Shown piece after piece: positions 48,831 through 61,884 of a stretch of 64,000 nt of DNA. The notes under the pieces are model-generated. The model did no database searches. It had not been told where the DNA came from and worked only from the letters and a program-made list of their open reading frames with translations. The DNA is from Bispira polyomma (taxonomy: Eukaryota), in NCBI GenBank assembly GCA_965649765.1, contig OZ287754.1, positions 37,138,001 through 37,202,000 on the forward strand, read 5' to 3'. Every line of letters starts with the position of its first letter. The first letter of the stretch is position 1. Position numbers and translations under genes: made by a program.

Positions 48831-49253
48831 ATTATTTTTGTACCATATAAATTATGTTGTAATATTACCAATTGAGAGGATGATGATAAAAAGATGATCT
48901 ATTTCAAAACACTAGTTTCTCCAAGGCACCAAACACAGGAATCATTGCAAGAAAGCAAACGTTTTTGGCGAAAGTCAGTTCAAGTAATGGATAGGAGGCA
49001 ATTTCTTCTCCCTGTACCGAGAATCATTTAAATAATAAGATAAAAATACCTAACATTAAATTACAGCATCAAATAAATTGATCACCAAATCTGCAATGTC
49101 CATTTGGGACGTCAGCTAATGCAATTGTTACTCATGATTAATAGTTAAGAAGGTTTGGTGATATCCTCAGTGATATATTTACCAATTTCTGACAAACAAA
49201 ACCTACATGCTCTTCTTTGTATTCACAATTTTGAGTCAATTGTATAAGTTGCA

Positions 49254-52200
49254 GGGGCCGTGGTGACCCTAGTGGTTAGAAGTGTTTGTCAAATAACCAC
49301 TGGCCTTAGTACAGGGACCCTAGTGGTTAGAAGTGTTTGTTTAATAACCACTAGCCTTAGTGCAGAGACCCTAGTGGTTAGAAGTGTTTAATAACCACAG
49401 GCCTTAGTGAAGAGACCCTAGTGGTTAGAAGTGTTTGTTTAATAACCACTGGCCTTAGTGCAGGGACCCTAGTGGTTAAAAGTGTTTGTTAAATACCAAC
49501 TAGCCTTAGTGCAGAGACCCTAGTGGTTAGAAGTGTTCAGTTATTAACCACTGGCCTTAGTGTAGGAACCCTATTGGTTGGAAGTGTTTGTTTAATAACC
49601 ACTGGCCTTAGTACAGGGACCCTAGTGGTTAGAAGTGTTTGTTTAATAACCACTGGCCTTAGTGAAGAGACCCTAGTGGTTAGAAGTGTTTGTTTAATAA
49701 CAACTAGCCTTAGTGCAGGGACCCTAGTGGTTAGAAGTGTTTGTTTAATAACAACTGGCCTTAGTGAAGAGACCCTAGTGGTTAGAAGTATTTGTTTAGT
49801 AACCACTGACCTTAGTGCAGGGACCCTAGTGGTTAGAAGTGTTTGTTTAATAACCACTGGCCTTAGTACAGGAACCCTAGTGGTTAGAAGTGTTTGTTTA
49901 ATAACCACTGACCTTAGTGCAGGGACCGTAGTGGTTAGGAGTGTTTGTTTAATAACCACTGGCCTTAGTGAAGAGACCCTAGTGGTTAGAAGTGTTTGTT
50001 TAATAACCACTGGCCTTAGTGAAGAGACCCTAGTGGTTAGAAGTGTTTGTTTAATAACCACTGACCTTAGTACAGAGACCCTAGTGATTAGAAGTGTTTG
50101 TTTAATAACCACTGACCTTAGTGCAGGGACCCTAGTGGTTAGAAGTGTTTGTTTAATAACCACTGGCCTTAGTGAAGATACCCTAGTGGTTAGAAGTGTT
50201 TGTTTAATAACCACTGGCCTTAGTGAAGAGACCCTAGTGGTTAGAAGTGTTTGTTTAATAACCACTGGCCTTAGTACAGGGACCCTAGTGGTTAGGAGTG
50301 TTTGTTTAATAACCACTGGCCTTAGTGAAGAGACCCTAGTGGTTAGAAGTGTTTGTTTAATAACCACTGGCCTTAGTACAGGGACCCTAGTGGTTAGAAG
50401 TGTTTGTTTAATAACCACTGGCCTTAGTGAAGAGACCCTAGTGGTTAGAAGTGTTTGTTTAATAACAACTAGCCTTAGTGAAGAGACCCTAGTGGTTAGA
50501 AGTGTTTGTTTAATAACCACTGGCCTTAGTGAAGAGACCCTAGTGGTTAGAAGTGTTTGTTTAATAACAACTAGCCTTAGTGCAGGGACCCTAGTGGTTA
50601 GAAGTGTTTGTTTAATAACAACTAGCCTTAGTGCAGGGACCCTAGTGGTTAGAAGTGTTTGTTTAATAACCACTAGCCTTAGTACAGGGACCCTAGTGGT
50701 TAGAAGTGTTTGTTTAATAACAACTAGCCTTAGTACAGGGACCCTAGTGGTTAGCAGTGTTTGTTTAATAACCACTGACCTTAGTGCAGGGACCCTAGTG
50801 GTTAGAAGTGTTTGTTAAATAACCACTGGCCTTAGTACAGGGACCCTAGTGGTTAGAAGTGTTTGTTTAATAACAACTAGCCTTAGTGCCGGGACCCTAG
50901 TGGTTAGAAGTGTTCAGTTATTAACCACTGGCCTTAGTGTAGGAACCCTATTGGTTGGAAGTGTTTGTTTAATACCAACTGTCCTTAGTGCAGGGACCCT
51001 AGTGGTTAGAAGTGTTTGTTTAATAACCACTGGCCTTAGTGAAGAGACCCTAGTGGTTAGAAGTGTTTGTTTAATAACCACTAGCCTTAGTACAGGGACC
51101 CTAGTGGTTAGAAGTGTTTGTTAAACAACCACTGGCCTTAGTACAGGGACCCTAGTGGTTAGAAGTGTTTGTTAAATAACCACTGGCCTTAGTACAGGGA
51201 CCCTTGTGGTTAGAAGTATTTGTTTAATAACCACTGGCCTTAGTGAAGAGACCCTAGTGGTTAGAAGTGTTTGTTTAATAACCACTGACCTTAGTGCAAG
51301 GACCCTAGTGGTTAGAAGTGTTTGTTCAATAACCACTGGCCTTAGTGCAGGAACCCTAGTGGTTAGAAGTGTTTGTTTAATAACCACTAGCCTTAGTGCA
51401 GGGAGCCTAGTGATTAGAAGTGTTTGTTTAATAACCACTGGCCTTAGTACAGGGACCCTAGTGGTTAGAAGTGTTTGTTTAATAACCACTGGCCTTAGTG
51501 AAGAGACCCTAGTGGTTAGAAGTGTTTGTTTAATAACCACTGACCTTAGTGCAAGGACCCTAGTGGTTAGAAGTGTTTGTTTAATAACCACTAGCCTTAG
51601 TGCAGGGACCCTAGTGATTAGAAGTGTTTGTTTAATAACCACTGGCCTTAGTACAGGGACCCTAGTGGTTAGAAGTGTTTGTTTAATAACCACTAGACTT
51701 AGTGCAGGGACCCTAGCGGTTGGAAGTGTTTGTTTAATAACCACTAGCCTTAGTGAAGAGACCCTAGTGGTTAGAAACACTCGTTTATTAACCACTGGCC
51801 TTAGTGAAGAGACCCTAGTGGTTAAAAGTGTTTGTTTAATAACCACTGGCCTTAGTGAAGAGACCCTAGTGGTTAGAAGTGTTTGTTTAATAACAACTAG
51901 CCTTGGTGCAGGGACCCTAGTGGTTAAAAGTGTTTGTTTAATAACCACTGGCCTTAGTGCAGGGACCCTAGCGGTTGGAAGTGTTTGTTTAATAACCACT
52001 AGCCTTAGTGCAGGGACCCTAGTGGTTAAAAGTGTTTGTTTAATAACCACTGGCCTTAGTGCAGGGACCCTAGTGGTTAGAAGTGTTTGTTTAATAACCA
52101 CTGGCCTTAGTACAGGGACCCTAGTGGTTAGAAACACTCGTTTATTAACCACTAGGCTTAGTGTTTATTAACCACTGGCCATTACCAATGTGGGTTTGAA

Positions 52201-52360
52201 TCCTGTTCCTTGCTTCATGTGGGAAACTTTAGTACTTGACGTAACGTAGGTTGGTGGTGTACAGTGCTTCTTTTAATGGAGGTTTCCTTGACCACTAAAT
52301 TTGACCATTGTGATATGACCTTAGCTATTGAAAGCAACGTGAAATTAAAATAAAATAAAA
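49254..52360 (+). mobile_element. tRNA-derived SINE hosting the 51-bp array
   Basis: Head ggggccgtggtgaccctagtggttag at 49254. After the array come B box ggtttgaatcc (about 52193-52203), catgtgggaaa body, gatatgacc and a (taaaa)n tail ending near 52360. Confidence 0.8.
49265..52180. repeat. Tandem array of 51-bp units (about 57 copies), each with a 10-bp inverted repeat
   Basis: Unit accctagtggttagaagtgtttgtttaataaccact(g/a)gccttagt(gcaggg/gaagag/acaggg); ctagtggtta pairs with taaccactag. Confidence 0.98.
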
Positions 52361-55000
52361 TCGTATTCAGTTTGTTTTGGAATCTGGGCTGTAAATCTTG
52401 ACCTATATGTGTATTCTGTAAATTAAGCTAAACACCATGGAAACGTTGGTACTTAAGATACCAATTTAATATGAAGATGTATGTGTAAATGTCCTAATTA
52501 AAATAATTGCTGTGTGTTGTTTCAAGAGAAAGTTAAGAATAAGCTGTGAAAGGAGGAACCATTTCTGCAATATGCAATTAAGGCATCATATCAGGAGGAA
52601 GACAGAGAGCAAAGTGGATTTTTAAATTTCAATTTCTTCGGGTTTTACATCGCTTTAGAGACTTTAGGTCATATCCCGACTGCCATATTAAAGGTGGAGG
52701 ACGCCAGTGCTGAAGCCACTGTAAACCACTAGCTTGCGGCAAGTGTAGAGAGTGAAGTGGAGTGATGGCATGGATGTAAATAAAATCCAACAAATATCCG
52801 ACACAGAAGTGAAAAGAGCATGCGAAAAAAGAAAAGTTGGAGAACTATGGCAGCCATCATTCTTGACAAAGAAGAATATGATTTTGTGAAATATTATCAC
52901 TCAAAACCATCCCATAAAACTTTAAACATGCCCGCCAATTCTCCTTAGCAAATGAAAGAAATGCAAATAAATCACCTAGGAATAAATTACAAATGGTTAA
53001 AGAAGACACAAAAACTCTTGTAAATACTTATTGATATCTTCTATCTCTTAAAATAAAGGTAGGTGGTTTATTCACGGAACAATGAGTAGCAATAAGTAAA
53101 TCATTTAAGGGGGTTTGTAGAAACACTGGGCTATTTATACAGGTATACTTGATTACCTGCACAAATGATTAATCAGTTATATCAATTGATATAAAGTCTA
53201 GAGGGAAACTACACAGCTTAGAGACTAAAGGCCAGTAAAATACACAAGAATATTAGTTGGATTAATATATATATCTTATATAAAGTAACACTTTCAGTAG
53301 GGATAGGACCCAGTGCAGCCATTTCTAAGTACTCACCAGGACCATTATTTACCAGACATTGCCCCTACGTACACACCCTTATTACATAATGGTTAATGGG
53401 TTGAGTCTTATAATCATGGAGAGCCTGGTTTGACCGTTAACAACTCTATGTCATCATTTGGTGATAACATCCTTTGGCAAGAATTAAACCCTTTATTGCT
53501 TACTAAAAACGTCCAATGCATTGTTGTAGGGCTATCCCTTCTTGTGGAGGCACCCACTAGCCCACAGGTCTGTATTTTAGAGCATGTATATTAGGTATTT
53601 CATTATACCAATCTGATGACCTCACTCGCCTTTTGTTTCACGTATTGCAGTGTCACTCACACATTAACTAATACACATATACCTTGGTAGCAGTGTCCTT
53701 GGATTTAATATATTTGAAAGATTAAAAAATAAATAAATATTAAAAATATAATGTAGAAAAGAATGTTGCATTGAAAATTGATTTATTATTACATTGGATA
53801 AAGTATTAATGTAACAAGATTTTATTGTAATAGACCAAACATATAATGCAGGAAACCCTTGAACATTGCATTGGACATGGATAAATTATCACCTTGGATT
53901 AAGTATTGATGTAATAATCTTTTTTTTAAATATTCAAAATGTGATGTAGGAAGACACTAAATATTGCATGGGATATGGATTAATTGTGAAATCTACCAAC
54001 AGGTAGTGTAAAATTACTCTGTATATATAATTCCTGGCAAATCTAATTAGTTATGCAATCCTCTCTGGTCATTTATTGATTTGACTGAATCCACAATATC
54101 ATTATCAACTAAAAAAAAACCAACTAAAACAAATCAGAGGAAATAGCTTATTGACTTACCCTATTAGGATTTTTTTTGTGTGTACCAACCATAAATAAAT
54201 CATCTCTACCTCTTCCCTTAAACCCTCTCATCCCACCCCCGGCACTCTCTACAATGACGTAACACAAGACATAATCATCAAACCTTTACACTTGCTGCAA
54301 GAAAGTAACTCCTTTCTTCTTTAGTGGGAAAGGACAGGGCGTCAGCGGAACGGTCACTCATCAGTCGTTAATCTTGATAAGACTTAATTCCTTTAATAAT
54401 TGATTATTTGCACAATGGCTAAAAGGCATGAGTTATTTGGTTTCCCTAAATTGGCGACAAACAGACTTTTATTGACAGCTATTGTTTTATGAAGGGCTGT
54501 GTTATTTATTTATGTCACAGAACAAGAACAGGTCATTCGACATTGCCTGTTTCTGTTCAAACCTGCTGTTAAGGCCATTGCTAACATTTTACCAGGCTAT
54601 ATGATTTCCAGCTGATGTTTTTTCTCTGAGAACTATTATAGTGGGACTTGTCACCAGGAATTGATTCTGTCTATTTTGGCTAATGGGTCAGGACTGAAAA
54701 TGTTTTGGAACTGAAAATAATTGTATCATTTGGTGATATTTTGACAAAACATGGCCAATAGTGAACTTCCAGTGAAAGTTAGTGACGTTTTTGTCAGCAA
54801 AAATGAAGAAAATATATAGTACAAATAATGTGTGCTTTTGACCATAGTATAATAATAAGGGTTTTATGACTTTATGAAGAAGTGATTTGTTACACAAAGA
54901 AAGACCGAAAATGCTTGTGTTGAGCTTTCACTTTTGTACAGAATACCATTGAGTATTGCAAAATATACAATTCCTTATACTGGGCAAATATAAAGCAACA

Positions 55001-56480
55001 ATGCGGGGTAGCCCCATAGGGGTTAGCTAGGTCATTGCTCCCAGTCATTTTGTAAAACTATTCTTGTTCAACTGACCCCTATTCTAATTGGTCTTGGGTG
55101 GACTAATTAACCCAGCTTTTCCCCCCAAATATCTGAAATAACCAGTACAAACTAAACTACCAAGGAGGCAACACCGCCATCTTAATTATATTTTATTTTG
55201 TTTTATGTTTTACACAATTTTAATCACCATAGTCAAACTTTTACAGTGATGTTGTGGATTATAGTCTATGCTGTTTCACAGGGAGATTGTCCTCACTACT
55301 GACCACTTGATGTCGGATTTGATGTGTTATAACTCATACTTTGAGTCTTGCTTATATTGCTTGGGTTTCTGACCATAAGCTACGTGTAGAGGAAAGTTAT
55401 TAAAAAAATACTAGTCAAATTGACCTTTGGTCTGCCTTGTGTTTATAAATAACCTTTCTAAATTCCTCTAGCAATATTTGCAAGTATCAAAGGCCGAGTG
55501 TTCTTTGCATTATTTCCAGAGACATAAACAAAAATTATGGCTCCTCGTAAAACATATGACTGCCAGAAATGTGGACAAAATCATGTTAAACCAATAGATG
55601 ATAGATGTAAATTAGCAAACACTTTATTGTCGGAGAACTCTGTTCAAGCGAATGCAAGTCAAACTCCTGTTGGTGATACTAACTCTGAAATCCTGCGTGA
55701 ATTGCAAGCACTGGGGGGGTCGTATGACCCTAATTGAGCAACAGGTTAGGCATTCAGAACATAGAGCGCAGTCCTTGTCCAGTTCACCACTGATGACCAC
55801 ACCCATGCGCACAAGCCAGGAACAGAGACCTACCTCGACACTAGTGGATCCGGAAGATGTCCTCGTTCCTTCTTTGCAGACCCTGCGAGACTCCCAGCAC
55901 TTGCAGTCAGTAGTCGACACCCGCCTCAAAGAACTGGCTGTTATTAACGAGGCAGGTACGTTTAAGTCACAGGGGGGGGGGGGGGGGACAGACACTGTAT
56001 GGGTTAAAAATAAAGTACCATGGCCCCAAACTTCGATTCTAGGGGGGCAAAATAAGGGCAGGTTGTCCTATGACTCTCTTTCCATGGCTCAATGGGTGGC
56101 TGGCTTCACCAGCATTATTAGAGATGAAAGTGATGTAACTATTAAAAACCAAATGCTTGAATACCTCTCTGATTTGATGGAAGATGCTCATGACTTCTCT
56201 TGGAATTCAGCTAACGGCAGTCATGCAGTGTTACTATGTAAAATGGAAGAGGGAAAAATTACATGGCGGGATTCTCACAAACTAGACAGAATAAGAAGAG
56301 CTCATGCTCAAAAAGTAGTAAATTCAGGTCAAAATTTAACTCAAAACAATTCCAAGAGAAGTCATGACAAAGGGGCTCCATGCAAATACTATCAAAGAGG
56401 TACTTGCTCCCAAAAAGGGGACCACGAAACCAGGGGCCAATCCTACCTCCATGTCTGTAGTGTATGTTTGGCAACAAATG
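55001..56480 (+). mobile_element. YR retrotransposon E3, 5' fragment (leader plus gag), same family as E1
   Basis: Leader motif shared with E1; gag is homologous to E1 gag and breaks off inside the C-terminal knuckle (HVCSVC). Confidence 0.85.
55537..56480 (+). pseudogene. E3 gag-like ORF with N-terminal C-x2-C-x3-H-x7-C finger; frameshift in G-run 55713-55719; 3' truncated
   Basis: ORFs 55537-55737 and 55652-56485 join across the G-run. Confidence 0.85.
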
Positions 56481-57020
56481 TTTGATTTAGCAACAGTATT
56501 TCTAAGATTACTACTCACTGTTGTAATTGTCAATATGTCTGTAATATGGACGATTTGTCACTGGACTAGTGGGTAACAAAGTAACTTAGTAACATGGAGG
56601 ACTGTCTTCGTCACTGCCACGAAGTAGCATGGCTAGTCAGCCGCGGAAATGCTATACTTTACTGTACTTCTATTTTCAAAACTACTTGCTTATCACAGTC
56701 ACTCCTCACCCCAACGCTGCATTCAGATAACACCTCCACTCTCCTCTGCGTTTCCCGCCTTTCTTATAATCTCACTGATAAGTCAGAAGACAAATCTCTC
56801 TTACTCTCCCCAGCGCTTTGGCGCCCTTTCTATGATAAGCTCATTATTAAGTCAGAAATCAAACTAACAACATCAAAAATCTTAAGCTATCAGCGGCCAT
56901 ATTGGAAATTTTTATACATTATCACTAAAAATCCAATTGCCTGCTTAAGTGTTTATTATTTTACAAAATTACAACAAGTTTCACACAGAGGATAATATTG
57001 TGCATCTTTTAAGTTAATTT

Positions 57021-58262
57021 GTGTGGATATTACTTAAAACTCCTAGAGGTAGAGGAAAAAAAAACTCTATTGAAACAGCCTCATGTACTAGATGTGAAAT
57101 CTTTCACACACGACCAGTAGGAAATCGCTGCAAGCGAACTGCAGACACAAGAGATGGTGATCTTCTCCAGCCTAGCTTTGATAGTGATGATCAAAGCAGT
57201 GTTTCTGAAGCAAGTGGCCAAGTTAGCAGTGAAAAATTCTATCGTGAGGCATACTCCACACAGCAGAATATGATGGAAACCCTGTTATCTACAGTCTCCA
57301 AGCTACAAGAAGACGTCTCAGATCTCAAATTTGGAAAGATGGAGACCAACTGTGTGTCGCCTCATAACGCACCCCGAGATCCTCACACTTCACTAGGACT
57401 TCATGACGGTCAGAGAGACCACACTGCCAGCGCGTTCGCGACCCATCCTCTCGCTACAGATTCTCCCTCACTTCACCTCACTAGGTCACAGAGCCGGTAT
57501 GATCACGAAGCCACTCAACGTGCTTTCAAAGATACCATTTTCCCGACTCCCAAAGTGCTGAAGCAGTCGTCCCTCATACAGAACGAGGTCTCCAAACGAC
57601 TAGCAAGATATGAAGCCTGGGCCACAGATGAGAGCATTCAAGGTAAGCTCACTACCAAGCAAAAATCTGGGCGCTATAATACCTCTGAATTATGTGTATC
57701 TGACCCCATGAAGCGGTGGCCGAACGAGGCCTGCTTATCTGGTGTTAACAAAAAGCGTGTATCTTTTGATGAATTGTCAGTCTCACAGTTCGCTGCTGGC
57801 CAGATCCAAAATATTCTTGAGGTTAAGAATCCTGATATTTCACGAACCATGCTCTCCCAACTAGCAGACACCCTCAAAGATGCCTCCAACATCTCTTGGG
57901 AGATTGCTCATGGAGCATATGCCAGTAATATGCATGATATTGAAGAGGGTCGTTTGAGTTGGATCAATGACACAAAATGGAATATGAATCGGCTTTCTTA
58001 TTCTCAAGCCCTCATATCCAGTACTACCACACCTTCGACCAGTTCGTTTTCTGCTTCATCTTCAAACAAAAATGAAATGCCTTGCAGGCGTTACCAAAAA
58101 AATGACTGCCAACACCAGAAAGATCATGAGGGCAATAACATTACATTCCGACATATCTGTGCCAACTGTTTCCGACTCAACAAGAGAATGAACCCACATC
58201 CCGAGTCGAAATGCTTCAAGTTACACGGGCGCCCAAATGCGCCCGTGAACGCCCCTCAATAG
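57021..58262 (+). CDS. E4 Gag-like protein (N-terminal CxxC-H-C finger, C-terminal Cys/His knuckles)
   Basis: 413-codon open frame; CTRCEIFHTRPVGNRC and CRRYQKNDC...HICANC...HPESKC; true start codon uncertain. Confidence 0.82.
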   Translation: MWILLKTPRGRGKKNSIETASCTRCEIFHTRPVGNRCKRTADTRDGDLLQPSFDSDDQSSVSEASGQVSSEKFYREAYSTQQNMMETLLSTVSKLQEDVSDLKFGKMETNCVSPHNAPRDPHTSLGLHDGQRDHTASAFATHPLATDSPSLHLTRSQSRYDHEATQRAFKDTIFPTPKVLKQSSLIQNEVSKRLARYEAWATDESIQGKLTTKQKSGRYNTSELCVSDPMKRWPNEACLSGVNKKRVSFDELSVSQFAAGQIQNILEVKNPDISRTMLSQLADTLKDASNISWEIAHGAYASNMHDIEEGRLSWINDTKWNMNRLSYSQALISSTTTPSTSSFSASSSNKNEMPCRRYQKNDCQHQKDHEGNNITFRHICANCFRLNKRMNPHPESKCFKLHGRPNAPVNAPQ

Positions 58263-60948
58263 GGACATGCACTGCCAGCAGACACCACAGCTACTCACCT
58301 TAAGTCCACTTCTGATGTCGTTATTAACCATTGTGTGCTGACAGGAGGTTGTGATTTAACCAGTGGTACTAATAAGCGAATTTGTAAGAAAAACAGTTTT
58401 CAGAATGATTTCATAAATAATTTTAGTTGTCAACTCAATGAGTCAAGCATTACCTGGCAATGTTTCCCTTAATGACTGATGTAGGCAAGAATTGCCTGTT
58501 AAATTGAACGTTATGAACGCTTTTCAGTGTGATAATAATGGTCAAAAACCATCAGCTGTCTTTCATACAGTAGACGTTTATATTAGCACCAGTAATTTTA
58601 AATCTGATTGTCTAACTTATTGCTATATCGTTTGTCATGATGAGTCATGTATTTCAGGTGTATACAAATGGACTTATGGCCTAAATATGTGGTACTTAAA
58701 ACAAACCCCCTATACACTGGATCACATATGGCCATTATCCTATGTGAACACCAGTTGTGACACAACACTACATCACACTCAACCAAATCAGTCAAAAAAC
58801 CGTGCAAAACATAATGTGGCACATACACACACAAAAATTGGACAAACTTTCTATTATACAGATATCATTGACAAGATTTGCAAATCAAATTTTCAACACC
58901 AGAGCAATTCAGATTTTAACCATCAAGCCCACTTACCCCTTGAGCATCAAATTAATCAAGGTAATGCACTAGTGCATAATGACAAGGTTATGAGTCAAAA
59001 ACCTATATTAGTGCATAATGAAACGTCTATGATTCCAAAACTTACATTAGTGCATAATGAAACTTCTAGGATTCAAAAACCTATATTAGTGCACAATGAT
59101 ACTTCTTTGATTCAAAAACCTACATTAGTGCATAATGAAACTTCTATGATACAAAAACCTATATTAGTGCACAATAAAGATTCTATTTTTCAAAAACCTA
59201 CATTTGTGCATAATGAAGACGTCATGATTAATGACATCTTACCACTTCAATCATCAGACACTAATGTGGACAATGTCAAACATGAATCCTTTCTTATTTC
59301 TAGAGACAGAACTTGTGGTTTCATACCACACAGACAGAACAGTTTTAAATTTGTGGGTCCAGACAGACAAGAAGTTCTTATAAATTCTTATGACAAACTC
59401 ATTGAGATTGCAGACATTGTTAAGAACTCTGGATTTCCCAACTATAAACAAGCCAGAATATCACTTAAGAGTACCCTCAAAGTGGAAAATTGAAAGAAAT
59501 ACCTGACAGATTATCCTGACAACATCATATTACAATATATTGAATTTGGTTTTCCAATTTCATTGTATGATAGAGATAGACTGACAGTCAAAAATGTTAA
59601 GAACCATTACTCAGCAAGAACTTTTCCAGAAGCTGTGGACAGATATTTTGTCACAGAACTCGAACGAGGCACCCTAGTGGGCTCAGCTACTTCAGACCTT
59701 CACCCTGATATACACTGCTCTCCACTTTTGACTGTACCTAAAGACACTGACAAGCGCCGTCTTATATTAAATCTTTCTCACCCAGCAGGCTACTCTGTAA
59801 ATGACTGTACCATTAAGTCAAAGTACGACACAATCGACTTCACTTTGAAATTACCCACCATTGACCAAATAACTCACAAAATTATGGACATAGGACCTAA
59901 GGCGACCTTAGCAAACCTTAGGAACCTAAGAATAGATCCTTATGACTGTTTGAAGCTGGGTTATATATGGAAAGAGCAGTGTTTTATTGACGTAAGTCTG
60001 ACTTTTGGTCTCACTCATGGTACTGCTGCTTTTATGATGACCTCAGATTGTGTTACTTACATCATGAAACAAAAAGGTTTCACAGTTATGAATTATATAG
60101 ACGATTTTTTACTCATAGAACACGAAGATAAGGCCACCTTAGCCTACGAAACTTTACAACAAATACTAACAGACTTAGGTCTTCCTATTAACCCCAGTAA
60201 GTTAGTACCTCCCAGCAAGCGAGTCACATGTATGGGCATTGTTATAGACATCCAACAAGAAACCCTCAGTATAGATGAGGAAAAATTCAATTCACAATAC
60301 TTGCCTGGAGTTCAAATACCTGGGGAAAGTTCGGAAACAGAAGTGCTTGCTTTACTACGTCAGTCTACAAGTCGTAAAATTATCATTCTAAATGGTGAAT
60401 TTCATAAAGACTTACAGTGGTTCCTGCTTTTTCTAAAGCAGTTCAATGGTGCTTGCAAGGATAGTTACTTAAACCAAGATAATGACATTTTATTACAGGT
60501 TGACGCCTGCTTATCAGGCATAGGGGGCATTTCAGATGACAAAGTGTTCAAGGTTGCTCTCCCTTCCTTCATGACTGACAATTTTTCCATTGTACATTTT
60601 GAAATGGTCAGTGTTTTAATAGCCTTAAAGCTATGGAGCCATGAATGGGAAAACAAAAAAATTGAGATACAATCTGACAACATGGCTGTGGTGGCTGTTG
60701 TGCAGTCTTCTAAAACCAGAGATGATTATCTCGGGCTATGCCTCCGAAATATATGGCAAATCTGTGCTACCAAAAATATTGACTTAAATATCAGTCATAT
60801 TCCAGGTAAAGACAATATAATCGCAGATGCGTTATCTCGGTGGTATGAATCAATGCAGCATGCTGATTGTGTAAAAAATATTATTACGGGAAACTGCATC
60901 ATGTATGACGTCCCAATTGACTTATTTACCCTTGACAGTTATATATAA
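58263..60948 (+). pseudogene. E4 Pol (N-terminal extension plus RT and RNase H), disrupted
   Basis: TGA at 59491-59493 and deletions in RT motifs; YIDD, DACLSG, HFEMVS, SDN and NIIADALSR retained. Confidence 0.9.
58969..59220 (+). repeat. 42-bp in-frame tandem repeat (x6) in the E4 Pol N-terminal extension
   Basis: Encodes (LVHNETSMIQKP[I/T])n. Confidence 0.92.
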
Positions 60949-60954
60949 TTTCAG

Positions 60955-61884
60955 ACACTCCCTTACCTGCCACTTCACTGGTACAAGACGCATTTAGACG
61001 TTTAGAACAGAGTCACAGACCAAGAACACAGAAACAGTATGACAACCAGTTTCGATTGTTTCTGAGTTTCACAGTTTATTATGACTTAAAACAGACTTTT
61101 AGTTTCAACAGTATCATAGCTTTCTTTGAATTCTTGACTCAATCAGGAATTTCTCACAAAATTGTCACAAATTACCTCTCAGCTTTAAGACACACAACCA
61201 AAGTGCAGAACATTCAGAACACTGGGCTTTATGATCCAAGATTACCTCTATACACCAGATCCTTAGAGGTCACTTCCAAGTATACACCCAAGGTCAAAGG
61301 GGGTTTTGACTTAACTCAGCTCCTACAAATCTCTCAAGCATGTGAGCAACTTCAGTATTTAAGACAGTTATTTAGGACAGCTTTTCTGTTTGCCTTTTTT
61401 GTTTTTTTACGAATATTAAATTTGACCCCCTCTTCAGGTACCCCCTTTGACCCCACTAGACATCTCACAAGGTCAGATATCTTATTTGCTCCTCCTGGTA
61501 TTCACTTAATTATAAAATGGTCCAAAACAAATCAGGCTAGGACTTCTCCTGATATCATACAATTACCTTCACTCAGCAATTCTTGGCTGTGTCCTGTTAG
61601 GGCTGTAAAGTCCCTTTTTCAAAAATATCCACTTGGACCCATGTATCCTCTTTTAGCAAATCCTTCAAACACAGGTCTTTGCTTAACTGATTAAGGGACA
61701 TTCTTTTCATAGTTTCAGGCGCTCTGGCGCCTCCTTAGCCTTCAATTCCAACATAAAACTCCAGCACATACAAAAACATGGGTGCTGGAAGTCAGATGCA
61801 GTGTGGACTTACTTAAAAAATACTTCTCACGCTTCTTCTATCATCCCTACCATTTTTGCTTCTATTGTCTCTTCCAAATTTTAG
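60955..61884 (+). pseudogene. E4 tyrosine recombinase, deletion/frameshift near 61694
   Basis: FLRILNL, KWSKTNQ and CPV, then after the break HSFRRSGAS, HGCWKSDAVWTY and a stop at 61882-61884. Confidence 0.9.

Noticed and set aside
49523-52171. Long ORFs on both strands (431, 412, 321 and 326 aa) with 17-aa repeats
   Set aside because: By-product of a 51-bp (17-codon) unit that is stop-free in some frames; no ATG start, interrupted by sporadic stops, and derived from a SINE head.
49265-52180. CRISPR-like appearance of the palindromic repeat array
   Set aside because: No unique spacers (only a few recurring variants), no cas genes, and a eukaryotic context.
56594-56995. 133-aa ORF between E3 and E4 gag
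   Set aside because: No recognisable motif, no counterpart in E2, and it lies in the structured leader of E4.
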